Source: Flectonema sp. DT1601 (taxonomy: Eukaryota). Taken from it: a DNA stretch of 64,000 nucleotides. The DNA is taken from assembly GCA_964019425.1 (NCBI GenBank), contig OZ025783.1:558001-622000 (forward strand), written 5' to 3'. The first letter of the stretch is position 1. Each line of letters opens with the position of its first letter. A program made the position numbers and the translations under genes. Below the pieces are notes generated by a model. That model did not search any database. It was not told where the DNA came from and saw only the letters and a program-made list of their open reading frames with translations. Positions 47,793 to 59,786 of this stretch are shown here, piece after piece.

Positions 47793-48933
47793 TCTTGCAT
47801 CCTGATCCCTTTAAAAAGAAAAAAAAAATAATAAAGAGATCGATGCAGGGCTACATTTGTTATGTCGAACTCTCTAACACGGCAAACACGTTGTTGTGAA
47901 TGATGTGCTAACCTGAGCTGCGTGGATGTATTTTTAAAAAAGAATTTATACGGAGTTAGGCTTTTTATAATTCCCCAGCAGGTGGTGCAGTCGTTGAGTG
48001 GTTTTGGAGTGAACTGTTTGTTCTTGCGTATACTCTTCACCGCAGGCAAAGAAAAAAAAAAAAAAAAAAAAAAACTGTTTACTTAATAATCTACATCCTG
48101 ATCCCTTAAAGTACAACGGGATCGATGTAGGACCGCATTGATAACCTAATTGTCTTTTTGAGGGCAAATTTTTGACAAAGTATTTGGTTGATTCAGAATG
48201 TAAAATTTTTAATTGTTGCTTAGTCACTTCTTGTTGGTTTAATAGTAGTTAAATAAATCTCCCTTTTTTTTTTTTTGCTCAAATAATTTTTTTTTTTTAA
48301 ATTTTTTATTTCGTCTTAAATAACAATATGCATCCCGATCCCTTCGAACACAGAAGGATCGATGCCATCTTTCATTTTTTTTTTTTTTTTTTTTTTTTTA
48401 CATCCACACTTTCGTATAGAAGGAAATATAACTGAGCTGGTTGATCAAAAGGTTCGCAACTCCGTTTTGATCTCCTTGTTTTTCACCCCTCTGTTCGTTA
48501 GGAAAAGTTCATTATCTCAGCAACTAATGTTAAATTATTATTATGTTGTTTATGATACAATACATTTGTATTTTACGTACAAAATCGAACAGTTAACCCC
48601 CCCGTTCGTGAGCAAAAAAACGCTTTGGGTGTTCGTTTTGGGGGGTTTTCTGATTTCTAACTTGCAGCGCCAAGCCCAATGCAAATTGATTCTACAACCC
48701 CAGTGTACTTCACCTCCAAAGGAATTTATGGAACAAGGTCAAAAGCTCAATTTTATATGTTCTTTTCTTTTTTTTTTTTTTTTGAATGAAAAAAAATAAT
48801 GTTCACTGGTTAATCTTCTCCCACGAGAGTTGTTACCAACCTTCCAGTGTGATGTAAATTATGTGTTTTCTTGCATTTGTTTGATAGTGTTGTCCTCATC
48901 CTGATCCCTTGACACAAATAAAGGATAAGATGA
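47793..48933. repeat. Dispersed family of four hairpin elements sharing CATCCYGATCCCTT...GAT(C/AA)GATG
   Basis: Copies at 47793-47850, 48090-48131, 48328-48368 and 48896-48933; outer stems differ in sequence but remain complementary. Confidence 0.75.
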
Positions 48934-49854
48934 ATAGCATATTATTAAAAAGAAATTCATCAACAGTTAGTTGACACGTACAATTATCTGTTAGCTTAGT
49001 TTCATAAAACGACCAGAGTTTAAGTAAGTAGTTGTTCTACTTTTTTTGCTTTCTCTTCGTAGCAGCCTTATTGGGCGTTTACTTTCTTTTTATGAAGCAA
49101 GGTTTTTGTGCTAAAAGGACACTCGTTTAACCTCCTTTAGCCTTCAGCCAAATTCCCTGCCCTTCCTTCTTCCTGTTTTTGATAAAACGGTTCATCAAAT
49201 GGAAAGTTTCTCCCTTCCCCCCTTTTTTTTATTCACAACAAACGACCTTAGCGATTAATTTATTTGTTTGATAGCTCTTGCTAAAATAGCATAATCAATA
49301 ACCCTAGTATATTGATCTTAGGCGGAGGGAGACTGTAAACTGGTGAGCGGCTTAGCCGTGTTAATGGTGTTTTGCTGTGGTCTTGTAAGGTAAGAGTTAA
49401 GTGACTGTGTTCAATTTTATCGTTTTTATTTATCTCCTTCATTCCCCTTCTATCCCTATTATTTGCCTACCCTTTAATTTTTTTTATTATGCGCTATTTT
49501 AGCTTATTATTACGTTATTTATTTATTTATGTTTTTTTTTTTCTTCTTTTTTTTTTCCCCCTCCGTTGAGCAGAGTGTTTGGGAAGTCAGCGCTATCGCT
49601 TTAGGCTGTCCCACAATCGTGTAAGGCTTTAGTACATCTGGCCTAGTGTATGAAAGAAAGAAATACTTCATTGAACTCTTGTAGAAGTCAAATCATAATA
49701 GAGAGGGTTTCACGTTGACTGAATAATCTTCAGTGACTAGGTGACCCAACTCCTTCTAACTGACTTCCTCGATTTAGTATGCATGATTGAGATCACGGTT
49801 TCCGTTATTTTTCTTTTTTTTACTTTCCTCTACTTGCGTTGGATTGTAGTTAGC

Positions 49855-49891
<37 letters not shown>

Positions 49892-50568
49892 CCCCTCTTT
49901 TTTTAAAAAAATCCAATTTCTATTTTATTATTTTTTATTGAACTAATTATTTATTTTATTCTATTTTTTTTTTTTTTTATCAGTTTTTTCTGGTTTGATT
50001 TACCACTACTGACGAGAGAAACGAAACGATAAAAACCCCAAAAAAAGGTTTAAAAAAAAAAAACAAAACCCACCACATAACGTTAGATAATCACGGTAGC
50101 ACAACTACCTTGTTGTCTGCAGGGCTAAATCGCTAACCGGTATGTAATCCATTAACGGATTTGTTCCAGGCAGTAGTTATTCTGGAAGGCACGATGGTGA
50201 AAACCATCATAAGTTCTATTGAGAAGCTGCTTCTGACCGAATGGTTTTGGTGGTGGGTTGTGACCAACGGAATTCATATTTTAACTGAGCACCGTCTACT
50301 ATTGATCTATTGTAACACCAAAAAGAAATGATTTTTAAAAAAAAAAAAAAAAAAACATTTCTTTCCGATCGTTTAAACGAAAAACTGTCTCGAATCAACG
50401 ATGAACAAGAAGACTGTTCAGTATCCGCACGGCACACTGTTCTGTTGGTAGATAATGTTTTCTATGAGAGTTGATTATGAGTAAAACTTGACTTATGTTG
50501 AATGTCTTTGTTTTATTATTTTTTTTTCACTTCGCTTTTACAGGAATACGATGTAACACAAAAAAAAG

Positions 50569-51756
50569 ATGATAATAATATTTAAAATAATACTCACACT
50601 CTCTCTGTGTATCTCTGTAAGATCTGATATACCAAAAGGAGAGATAGCCAATATCACAAATGGCGCACAAGCATTGATAACGGCAGGTAGATTTCACTGC
50701 CCAGATTGTAACAGCTCAACAGACTGTGGAAAGTATGCATCTGTTGGGAAGAGACAAGCAGACACTGAATGGAGACTTTGGAAGAGTGATTATCACTACA
50801 AGGACGAACAACTATCGGGAATGAAATTATGCCTCCGCCAGTGGATGATTGGATGTAATTGTCCAACAGCACCTTGTCTTTGCAACTCATTTTCGGAAGT
50901 CTGCATCGCTTCGTCAGCTCTCTTTGATGAGGAACACCGTCTTCATCCTTATGAAATATGCAGTACTGAAGCATTTATGAATCCTGGTTCTGTAACTTTA
51001 GTAATTACAATCCCATTGTTTCTTACTATTGCTTCTCTTTGTCTTGTTGTTATAGCAGTTCATTATTCATTTGTTCATGGTTTCGCTACATGTCCTCCTG
51101 CCCTCAGTAGGCTGCCTATAATGTTGTTGTCGGCATTGCTTATTGCGTATTCGTTTCTGACGTTTTTCTCGCCGTATTTTACAACTGGAATCGCTGGTGT
51201 GTTCGTTGCTATCCTGGCGTTGTTTTCGCATACAATCGCACATGCTGCTGAGATTGGCAATAAAATTGATAAAGGACACAGATGGCTATCCTTTGCAGCC
51301 TTCACAACTATTGTAGTAGTGTACACAATATGGGGGGCTGGATATCCAAACAGAGCTGGCTTGTCGGCAGACGAGTTAGGAGCGGATTGCAGTAAGTTCT
51401 ACGGATTCTTTGTTATAGATCAAAAGTTAACACCTCCGGGTTTTAATAAAGAGGTAAAATATTGGGGTTACTGTGAACGCGAATTTATTGCTGACACACT
51501 ATGGAATGTTACAGCTGTTATATGGGTTGGTCTACTCATTAGTGCCCTTCACTTATACACACTTGCTGCGCAGACAACAGCTACTCGGATTGCTGAACAA
51601 GAAGACTTAGAAGGAAAGGTTGCTGGTGGTCCAGGAACATTCCTCGTATCTCGTAGCGCTCCTGGAATGAGAAGAGGTAAGGAACCAATTTCAGGAAGTG
51701 GTACCAGCATTCCTTCAGTACAGAGTTACAGTGATGTTCATGTTATGTTGACATAA
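50569..51756 (+). CDS. Membrane protein with signal peptide, Cys-rich ectodomain and about five TM helices
   Basis: Signal-like MIIIFKIILTLSLCISVRS; ~10 Cys in the ectodomain; five hydrophobic stretches; Cys pair in the last loop (CSKFYG...YWGYC). Confidence 0.8.
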   Translation: MIIIFKIILTLSLCISVRSDIPKGEIANITNGAQALITAGRFHCPDCNSSTDCGKYASVGKRQADTEWRLWKSDYHYKDEQLSGMKLCLRQWMIGCNCPTAPCLCNSFSEVCIASSALFDEEHRLHPYEICSTEAFMNPGSVTLVITIPLFLTIASLCLVVIAVHYSFVHGFATCPPALSRLPIMLLSALLIAYSFLTFFSPYFTTGIAGVFVAILALFSHTIAHAAEIGNKIDKGHRWLSFAAFTTIVVVYTIWGAGYPNRAGLSADELGADCSKFYGFFVIDQKLTPPGFNKEVKYWGYCEREFIADTLWNVTAVIWVGLLISALHLYTLAAQTTATRIAEQEDLEGKVAGGPGTFLVSRSAPGMRRGKEPISGSGTSIPSVQSYSDVHVMLT

Positions 51757-52839
51757 AGTCTGATGTGTAGTGGATTTCATTCTAACTGATGGCCGACCAA
51801 AACGACGATTATAAAATAATAAAAAGAGTCTCTCCAGTTTTGTGTTGCGATAGTACCAAAGCTCGATTTCTTTTTGTTAAATATTTCGATAATCTTATTG
51901 TACATGGATTCTAATATGTATTTTTTTTTCTTTTTCCCTTTTTTTCCTGCGGTGCAAGGATTTGTGATTTTTTTTCTTTTTCGTATTTTTAATTAAGTTC
52001 CCTTTCTCTTTTTTTCATTAGTCTTATTGCGTTCCTTTTTTTTACTTGTGCACTTCATTTTAGTTGTCACAAAAATATTAAGGAGTTTCGAGTTGGTTAT
52101 TCGTAAGATCATTTATTTTCTTCTTTTTGTTGTGCGCCGCCCCCCCTGTGCTAACTTCGTGATGGTATGATGGACTGCTTTCCGTTTTTTTTAGTTTTTT
52201 TTTTTTTTTTTTGTTGTTGTTTTTTCCCCATGAAGTGGTATACGATCCACTAACAAATATAAAAAAGAAGCTCATTATGAATTGTTTTCAGTTAACCTTC
52301 TAAAAGTATGTAATGTTGTGGCTGACTTCGTTTTTTTAAATTACAGCTTTTGTTGGTATCGTGTATGTCGTTGGTACACAAGAAGACAAAAACAAATACA
52401 AAGCACTTGGTTATTCTCACCAATGAGAAACCGATAGCACAAAAGAATAATATTGACGATGCTTGGTGGTGGAATTCGATTCTATTGCAAAATCCGGATG
52501 AAAGAGAAAAAAATAAAAAAGAACAAATTTAAAATAAAAAAAAAAACAAGAAAAGGAAATTTAAAAAGAGCAATGAGGATAAGGAATTATTTTCTCTTCA
52601 GGCATCTGATGACCACCAGAAGAACAAAATAGGAAAAAAAAAAAAAAAAAACATACACACTATTTTCCATCTAAGCAGTCTAGTATTAAACATGTCGTTT
52701 TTGTTGTTTTTATTTCAAAGGTCGAACACCTGTTTTTTTTGTAAAAAAAAGTTTATTAACTGATTGTGATTGTTGTAATTTATATCATTCTCAGCTATCA
52801 AGAGAAAACAAAAAAAAAAAGAAAGAAAAAAAGAAAAAA

Positions 52840-54485
52840 ATGGCAGGAGCTTTCGCACAAGCGAATGACGATAGTTTCTATGTTATGCTGTTTGGATTTG
52901 TAGCATTTGCCTGTTGTATGTTAGCGATTGAGCCTTTTGTACGCGGGAAGGCATACTACGATGAGACAGTCGAAGGAATGAAGTACAGCACAAAAGTGAT
53001 GAAGGTTATGTGCAGCCCATCAAAGTTGAAAATCGGATTTGGTTTCCTAACATCAAACATGTTATATACGAAACAGTTTATACTCCCATTAGCCAAGAAT
53101 GTATTTAAGAAATGGAGATTGATGTTGTGGACATCATTTGTTGTCTTATTTTCTATCGTAGCATACCAAACCTTGTCGTTTGACCCTCACTCCATTTTAG
53201 GATTAAAGACTGATGCTGCTCCAGGACAGATTAAGAAAGCTTACCGAAAGCTTTCCATGAAGCTTCACCCTGACGTGAACGCTACTAGAGAAGCAGCTGT
53301 TCAATACGGCAGAGTTAAGAAAGCATACCACATGCTAACTAAACCTGATGAACGTCTTCAAAATGAAGCCGATACTGATGCTCAAGGACCTGGAGTTGGT
53401 CTTCCGTCGTTTTTAACAAATCCAGAGTATGCTGTTTTTAGTATGACCTTGTTGTTGGGATTATTGTTTTCTGCTCCATTTTACATGTTGTTCGCACTAA
53501 AGCAAAAGAAAACTGACGAAACGAGCATACCTTACATGATTAGGTGTGTAAAGTTCGCAAAGATGGCTGAGAAGATGTTTCATGATATTGGTTTACCGCA
53601 ATACCCAGAAAACACTTATGAAATTGATCAAAACGTGAAGTTGGTATCGTTGCTGCAGAAGTTTGAACTTGCTGGTTGCTTTGAAACACCAGAAGAAGAA
53701 ATTCCTATGAAGCCATCTGAAGCAGCTCTATTCTTCCCAGACCTCTGCTCAGAGACTGAAGTAAAACAGCTTCTTGCAGAAGCAATAAACGGTAACCGCT
53801 CAGCTGAAGGGCAGCTTACTAAACATTTATTAATTTATATTAACACCGATGAGATCGATGAAATTCAAAAGATTCTCGACGCTCATCCAATCTCAGAGGC
53901 TGACAAAGAAGCCCTATCAACATACAAAGAGTTAAAGAAAGGAGATAAGAGTGACGATAAGAAAATGATGGATAATCTCGTATTTAATCTATATTCTGAT
54001 GAGCAGGAGGAGACAGCTAAGTACTTTTTAGAACCTCTGTTGGGAGAGATATTAATGCAGGCTGACGTGGCTCTGCCATGCCTCAATCCTCAACAAAGAG
54101 GTCTTGAAATCTGTAATAAATTAAGGCAGGCATACATTACTCGTTTCGATAATCTTGCTCAGCTTAAGAAACATGCTGTCGAGCGAGGTGATGCAAGCGA
54201 GCTTCCTCGCAGTCACAAAGAAAAGCTTCTCAACACCGTCAAGCAGCACACAACATCTCTCAAAATCTTCTCAGAAATGATAACGGAGGTATGTTAAACA
54301 TTTTCTTTTTATTGTATTTCATAACCGTTGGTAAAAAAGAACTGTTCACTCTTAAACTACAATATTCTATAACACACTAAACAACACAGCTTAAAAGTCG
54401 CTGTAAAATGTTCCAGAAGCGTCAGGAATCAGCCTTACGATCCCGCAACAAGAAGATTCTAAGCGGTAAGGGAAAGTTGAGTTAA
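52840..54485 (+). CDS. SEC63: Sec63-like membrane J-domain protein; 2 exons, ~514 aa
   Basis: Two TMs, then FDPHSILGL...IKKAYRKLSMKLHPD, then GVGLPSFL and a third TM (Sec63 topology). Exons 52840-54288 and 54390-54485; the spliced C-terminus KGKLS is a KxKxx ER-retrieval motif. Confidence 0.7.
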
Positions 54486-55976
54486 ACTTAACGCTAAGCA
54501 ACCACACTACTACTTTCTGCTTCTATTGTAATTATTTACCCTTTCTGTTCTGATATGAAATAGTACTTTCAGAGGATCCTGTGGCAGATAGAGAGCAGCA
54601 CCTTCATGTTACCTTGGTAGTTGACAATTGTAAATTGTCAGCAAATTCGCTCACCTATACTCGAAGGATCTTCTCATGTTGTGAAGAAGTGATGAGAAAG
54701 TGCTGCCTTTATCTGACTTCCCATCCCCTCCCAGTCCCCCGTTTCCCTCACCCCGTTAGTTTCGCTATCATGCGGTAAATACAGTGGAAAAAAAAAAAAG
54801 ATCAAAAAAAATAATAATAATCATACTTTCTGTGTGGTCTTCGGTCTCTTAGCCCCCACTGATTTTTCTTTTTTTTATTTTCACAACGTTTCGCCTGTAT
54901 GACTATCGACCTATGACACTTGCCTATATAAGAAACATTTGTGAGGGCTGAGTAATATTTTTACTTGGCAAAACTGTGTTGGGTTCGACACTTTATACTT
55001 TAATAGTTGTTGAGTCTATCTCTGTATGGCACTGCAAGAAACTGCCCTCAGAGATATTTAAGGGGGGAGGTAAAATCTACCTATTTAAGACAGGCCATGC
55101 AGCATCCGATTAAAAAAAATAATAAATTATTGCTTCAAACTGCAATATTTGTTGTGTAATTTTTTTTTTTTATATTGACAACTCGTTTTCTTCCTTCTCA
55201 CAAGCCTATCTTGTTTTGTTTGTTTGGTAGTCAAAATCAACGAACAGTTCGCATTCATTCTTTGCGCGTGTGGAAAGTGTAGTCATAAAATTTACTTGTT
55301 TCTCTCACTCACGTGTCTTGTGTTGGTTTCCAATATATTTCAAAGCCACGGATGAATAAGTAATTTTACGCGCAGCCGAAAAGATATCCATTATAACTCC
55401 GTCAGGTTTCTCTGTACCCCCCTTCCGTGTTGTTCTTGGTTTTATTTTATTTTTTATTTCTCTCTTTTGAGATTCGTGTTGAAACCTTCTTTTATTATTA
55501 TTTTCTTTTATACCATAGCGGCCTTTTTATATAAGGTATTGATTGGCAGCGCGGAATAGTTTTCTATGTCTCAGTCTGACTGGCTTACTGTTTTCGTGCA
55601 CACAAAATTTAATTGATAAGTTATACCTTACTCATAAGCCAATTCTTTGTTAAAGCTGTTTTAAAATTTCATTCAGAGCTACCCTTTTTGTGTGAGATTC
55701 ATTGCTGTCATAAGTATGCATATTTCCAAGAAAGCACAAGAAACGAGAGGAAAAAAAAGAGGAGAAAAAAAAAATTGTGTCAAATCATCGGCAAAATGTA
55801 TTGTGGAAAAAAAAAAAAAAAAAAGTGTCGGTCGAATAAAAAGTAATTATTTTCTGCTTCACTTAAACAGGATGGCTGCCCAGATGTAAGAGACTCTTTC
55901 GTGATGTAATTACATTTGATTAATTAGCAGTCTTCGTTTGAAAGCAATTACCTTATTTTGTATTAGAAAAAAGAAA

Positions 55977-58900
55977 ATGAAGGAAGTAGAAATGCGAAAA
56001 ATTCATAACTTGAAAGAAGAGTTACTACAACACGAGGGAGGACCTGCTGAGCAATCTGTTAGGGCTAGTGATTACGTAAAGACTTTAAATGCCGCAGCAT
56101 CTGGGATAATAAAATCAAAAGGAGACATCGATCAAGCTGCCCGCCTTCTAAATGAAGCAGAGTTTATAACCAGAAGGGAGGAGGAATATTTTCCTGGTTC
56201 TAGTGGTGAGCTACTCCGAGAGGAGTACCGAGCAGCAACATATGCAAGTTTAGCGTGTTTGTCGAGGCATAATGGTAGCTGTGATGACGCTGTTTTATAT
56301 CTGTTGGAGACCGCTTCTCTTGAAGGAGAACCTTCACCACACACTAACTTATCTCTAGCGATGTTACTTATCGACATGCAACGATATGATGCTGCTATAA
56401 CTTGTGCTGGGCAAGCAGTACGAGAAATGTCAATCCGTCATAAAGTTGCTACCACACGAGGAGAAGTATTACCTCGTTCTGAACAGTCTCTATTAGCCGC
56501 ATCATATCACATACTTGGTAAGGCACAGTTACAGAGTTCGGTGTCAGATCGTAGAGAGGAATCTCACAGTACCTTATCTTGTGGATTAATGCATGCAAAG
56601 TCTCTTGGTATTCAGTCAGAAACATACATTGAAATATCAAACACTATAAAACACTGTGTAAACCCCCGTCGTGATAGCACTGATCAAAGTAGTCATATAT
56701 TTCCACTTGAAGCGACTCCACAAAAAAGAAGATTCACACCTCCTGCTAGGGAAACTCAGAAGTGGGGAGATAGTTCTCTTCCGCAACTTCCTCGTAATGG
56801 GAGTGGTAGTGGAGACAGTGGAAAATTCTTTTATAAACGAAACGTGGTAGACATTCTCCCAGCATTGCCGCAACAACCACAACCTCCACATGATAAGTTT
56901 AACGCTACAGCACCAGCTCGGATGTCAGTTCACAGGACTTCCCTTTCTAAAAAAGCCTTGCCAAGTCCCAAACTTGGAGCGACATACCCGTCGTGTATTC
57001 CACCAGCTGACCCATCGTCTGGTAATTTTGTAAGGAAAAAGATTTGCAACACATTTTCACACCTGGATTTCGGCACCGACCCAACGGTAGTTGCTGCGCG
57101 GCTCTGCAATGCAAGTAATGAAAATGAGTTTATAAATCTTGTTGCGGGCATTACTTTCTTTGGAAGTTCACAAATAAAGCATACTTTAAACGGAAATGAC
57201 ACCGTCCATACAACTTGGAGATCGTTTTCAGGATTGAAAGCAACTCATTTACTCATCGCATGTGATGAGCGAAAAGAACTTTGGGTTGCAGCGCAGTCAA
57301 AGAATGCGCCGATCAGAAAAAATGGACTGAAGATAGAAACGGTGGCTGACAATATGGTAATCGGGGATCGATTGTTATTAGGAAGTAAGAACGTTGCATG
57401 TGTAGTTCGATCACCATTACCTGCATTAATTCCAAGAAAACCATCAGTAGCGCCACTTAGCAATGCAGTAGCGAGACCAATTAGTGGAGGTTCTCAAAGA
57501 AAGGTTTCCCTACCAAGACAATCTCCTATCATTACTGATAGTTACACATCTACTCCGGAGTGGGAGAAGTTAAATCATTCAAACATCAGACAATATATTG
57601 ATTTCTTACAACGTGAAGTTGAAATAGAAGAAGCAGCGCTAGCATCACCTTGTTCGAAAGCTTATATTTATCCAACTCCCCCACCAGTTTCTCCTCCGTC
57701 AAGACCGAGAGTACTCCAGCAAAATGAACCAGACGACTATCAAAGAGAACAACCATCTGAAGAAGGTTTGAGATCTGCTCTTGAGCTTTGTGCTGAAGGA
57801 TGTATGTGGACTACTGGTCTAGTCAGATTCGAGAAAGAGAGGGAACCTCATGACAGTGATGCCGAGTCTAATGTCTCTACAGACACTGATGATTTGTTTC
57901 CTTCACTGTCGAAATGTCATAAAGTTTCACAAACTGATAATTCAAAAACATGCATCTGGCTTGCTGGTGTTATTAAATTAGACTACGATATTGACTCTTT
58001 AGCATCTGAGATATCCCAGGAGGACAACACTTTACCATTTCTGAATGTGGTACTACAACAGGGTACTGAATCTTCTTTAGTATGGCTTCGTGGTGTTGTT
58101 AATTTAGTTCCGGATTTATTTTTAGGAGACGATGACACTGCGAGTTACTCCAGTGACTCTTGTAGTACTACTGAATTAGATGAAAGGGTTCTGGTGAATG
58201 ATAGCTTCCCAGCATTGCAATGCACAGCGAGAGGTCATGAGCTGGACCTCATGTGGTTGGCAGGAGTTTCGAATTATAAGAAATATCCTCTTGTAACCTC
58301 ACATGATAATCATAAGGTTCCAGCGCTGACAATGTTAATGTCTTTAGGAAGCTTCGATCAATTAGAATGGATACACAGACTTTGTCATATCATTAATGAT
58401 GATGATGATGATGATGATGATGACACTGATAGCAGTAGTGATGAATCTAATTTCTCATTTTGTGGAGTAGAACAGAATCATCAAATACCAAACAAGTTCT
58501 CAGCACTTAAGTGTGCAGTAGGTTCTGATATCAAATCGTTAATATGGTTATCAGGTGTCGCACGTTATGAATATTATCCATTACCTCAACCAATCTCTGA
58601 TGATGAAAGTTGTTCATCTGAATACTCTTTTTGTAGTACACTAAATGATCATGAAATTCCAGAAAAATTTCCAGCTTTGAAATGTACTGCTGGAGGGATG
58701 ACGTCTTCTCTAATGTGGTTAACGGGAGTCACTCGATATGAAAAGTATCCGACTCCTCCAATTGTGAAGTCAGTTATCAATAATCCGGAACCGACCTCTA
58801 ATTTAGTAATGAATGATAGGAGTGATCGTTTCTCATATTCCAAACTAGTGTTCTTGTTAGATTGTGTTGATCGATCAGAAGTGAAATCGTTATCTCTTTT

Positions 58901-59165
58901 GTATGACATACACGATGGGATCTTTGATGAAGAAAATTTAAATGAAAGCGCTGCAACAGTCCAGCGATGCTTTCGATGTTATGCAGCTCGAAAACACTAC
59001 CGACAGCGTTACTTCTTTAGACACCTTTCAGATGAGGATCGCGAAGAAGCTGCTGCGTTCATTCAATTCCACGTTCGAAGTTTCCGCCTTATTCGCTCTG
59101 CTAAAAAGGAACTCGCCATGCGAAAGACTCTAATTCAGAATTACTTATCATCAGTTTTTGATTAA
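55977..59165 (+). CDS. Large protein (~1062 aa) with N-terminal TPR-like helices, internal Trp-containing repeats and two C-terminal IQ-like motifs
   Basis: TPR-like TYASLACL...DAVLYL and NLSLAMLL...YDAAITCA; IQ-like ATVQRCFRCYAARK and AFIQFHVRSFRLIR; first ATG 55977. Confidence 0.8.
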   Translation: MKEVEMRKIHNLKEELLQHEGGPAEQSVRASDYVKTLNAAASGIIKSKGDIDQAARLLNEAEFITRREEEYFPGSSGELLREEYRAATYASLACLSRHNGSCDDAVLYLLETASLEGEPSPHTNLSLAMLLIDMQRYDAAITCAGQAVREMSIRHKVATTRGEVLPRSEQSLLAASYHILGKAQLQSSVSDRREESHSTLSCGLMHAKSLGIQSETYIEISNTIKHCVNPRRDSTDQSSHIFPLEATPQKRRFTPPARETQKWGDSSLPQLPRNGSGSGDSGKFFYKRNVVDILPALPQQPQPPHDKFNATAPARMSVHRTSLSKKALPSPKLGATYPSCIPPADPSSGNFVRKKICNTFSHLDFGTDPTVVAARLCNASNENEFINLVAGITFFGSSQIKHTLNGNDTVHTTWRSFSGLKATHLLIACDERKELWVAAQSKNAPIRKNGLKIETVADNMVIGDRLLLGSKNVACVVRSPLPALIPRKPSVAPLSNAVARPISGGSQRKVSLPRQSPIITDSYTSTPEWEKLNHSNIRQYIDFLQREVEIEEAALASPCSKAYIYPTPPPVSPPSRPRVLQQNEPDDYQREQPSEEGLRSALELCAEGCMWTTGLVRFEKEREPHDSDAESNVSTDTDDLFPSLSKCHKVSQTDNSKTCIWLAGVIKLDYDIDSLASEISQEDNTLPFLNVVLQQGTESSLVWLRGVVNLVPDLFLGDDDTASYSSDSCSTTELDERVLVNDSFPALQCTARGHELDLMWLAGVSNYKKYPLVTSHDNHKVPALTMLMSLGSFDQLEWIHRLCHIINDDDDDDDDDTDSSSDESNFSFCGVEQNHQIPNKFSALKCAVGSDIKSLIWLSGVARYEYYPLPQPISDDESCSSEYSFCSTLNDHEIPEKFPALKCTAGGMTSSLMWLTGVTRYEKYPTPPIVKSVINNPEPTSNLVMNDRSDRFSYSKLVFLLDCVDRSEVKSLSLLYDIHDGIFDEENLNESAATVQRCFRCYAARKHYRQRYFFRHLSDEDREEAAAFIQFHVRSFRLIRSAKKELAMRKTLIQNYLSSVFD
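58398..58421 (+). repeat. (GAT)8 microsatellite encoding poly-Asp
   Basis: Read directly. Confidence 0.9.
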
Positions 59166-59786
59166 TTCTTCGGTGAAATGAATATACTGCCGAAGTTCTT
59201 TTTATTTATCTTTTTGTTTTAGCCATTCACTTGGTTGTTGAGAAGTTCGTCGTTCGTTTTCTTTTTTTTTTCTTTTAAAAGAAAGAAAAGTTGTGGTGGA
59301 CATATCTCGCCAACATTGTACACGTTATCCCTACCGCTGGCTTTAGAAGTCGTCATTATTGACTTTGGTCTCCAACACGATTGATCAAAGTGAGTAGCCG
59401 ATACTTATATAATATTGGTTTCTGTAATAGCCTTCTGATGTGTCATCAAATGTACGATGTGTGTTATGTTTTCCAACATAGCACCATCTAATGTAATTCA
59501 AAAGAACAGCGTCGAAAAATAAAGAAAAAAGGGGTTCTGATTACCACCCGCCATATTGCCGTACTCTTTATGCATTTCTCCAATTGTTATTATCACAGAG
59601 ACCATGGTTACAGTTAACACTTGTCCAGTCTGTGTTTTGGTTAGTTGTAGTCGTTATTATTTAACCTTTAACATCATCTGTCTTACAGGTTGTTTTTGTG
59701 TCAATCGTGTGGTTTGTGTGGTGTTATCTTGTCCTCGTATCACACGGAATTTTATTATTTATTTCAACAGTTGGGTGGCTGACAAG

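Noticed and set aside
47793..48933. Hairpin core CCUGAUC resembling a TPP riboswitch, hammerhead CUGANGA or box D
   Set aside because: No CUGAGA/P2-P3 arm, no CUGANGA plus GAAA core, and no properly placed RUGAUGA box C
49580..49616. Hairpin followed by ACA, a possible H/ACA-like RNA
   Set aside because: No clear pseudouridylation pocket and no target can be tested by eye
46000..50500. Short ORFs with poly-Phe or poly-Lys here and at 8400-11300
   Set aside because: They arise from poly-T/poly-A tracts and show no protein-like composition
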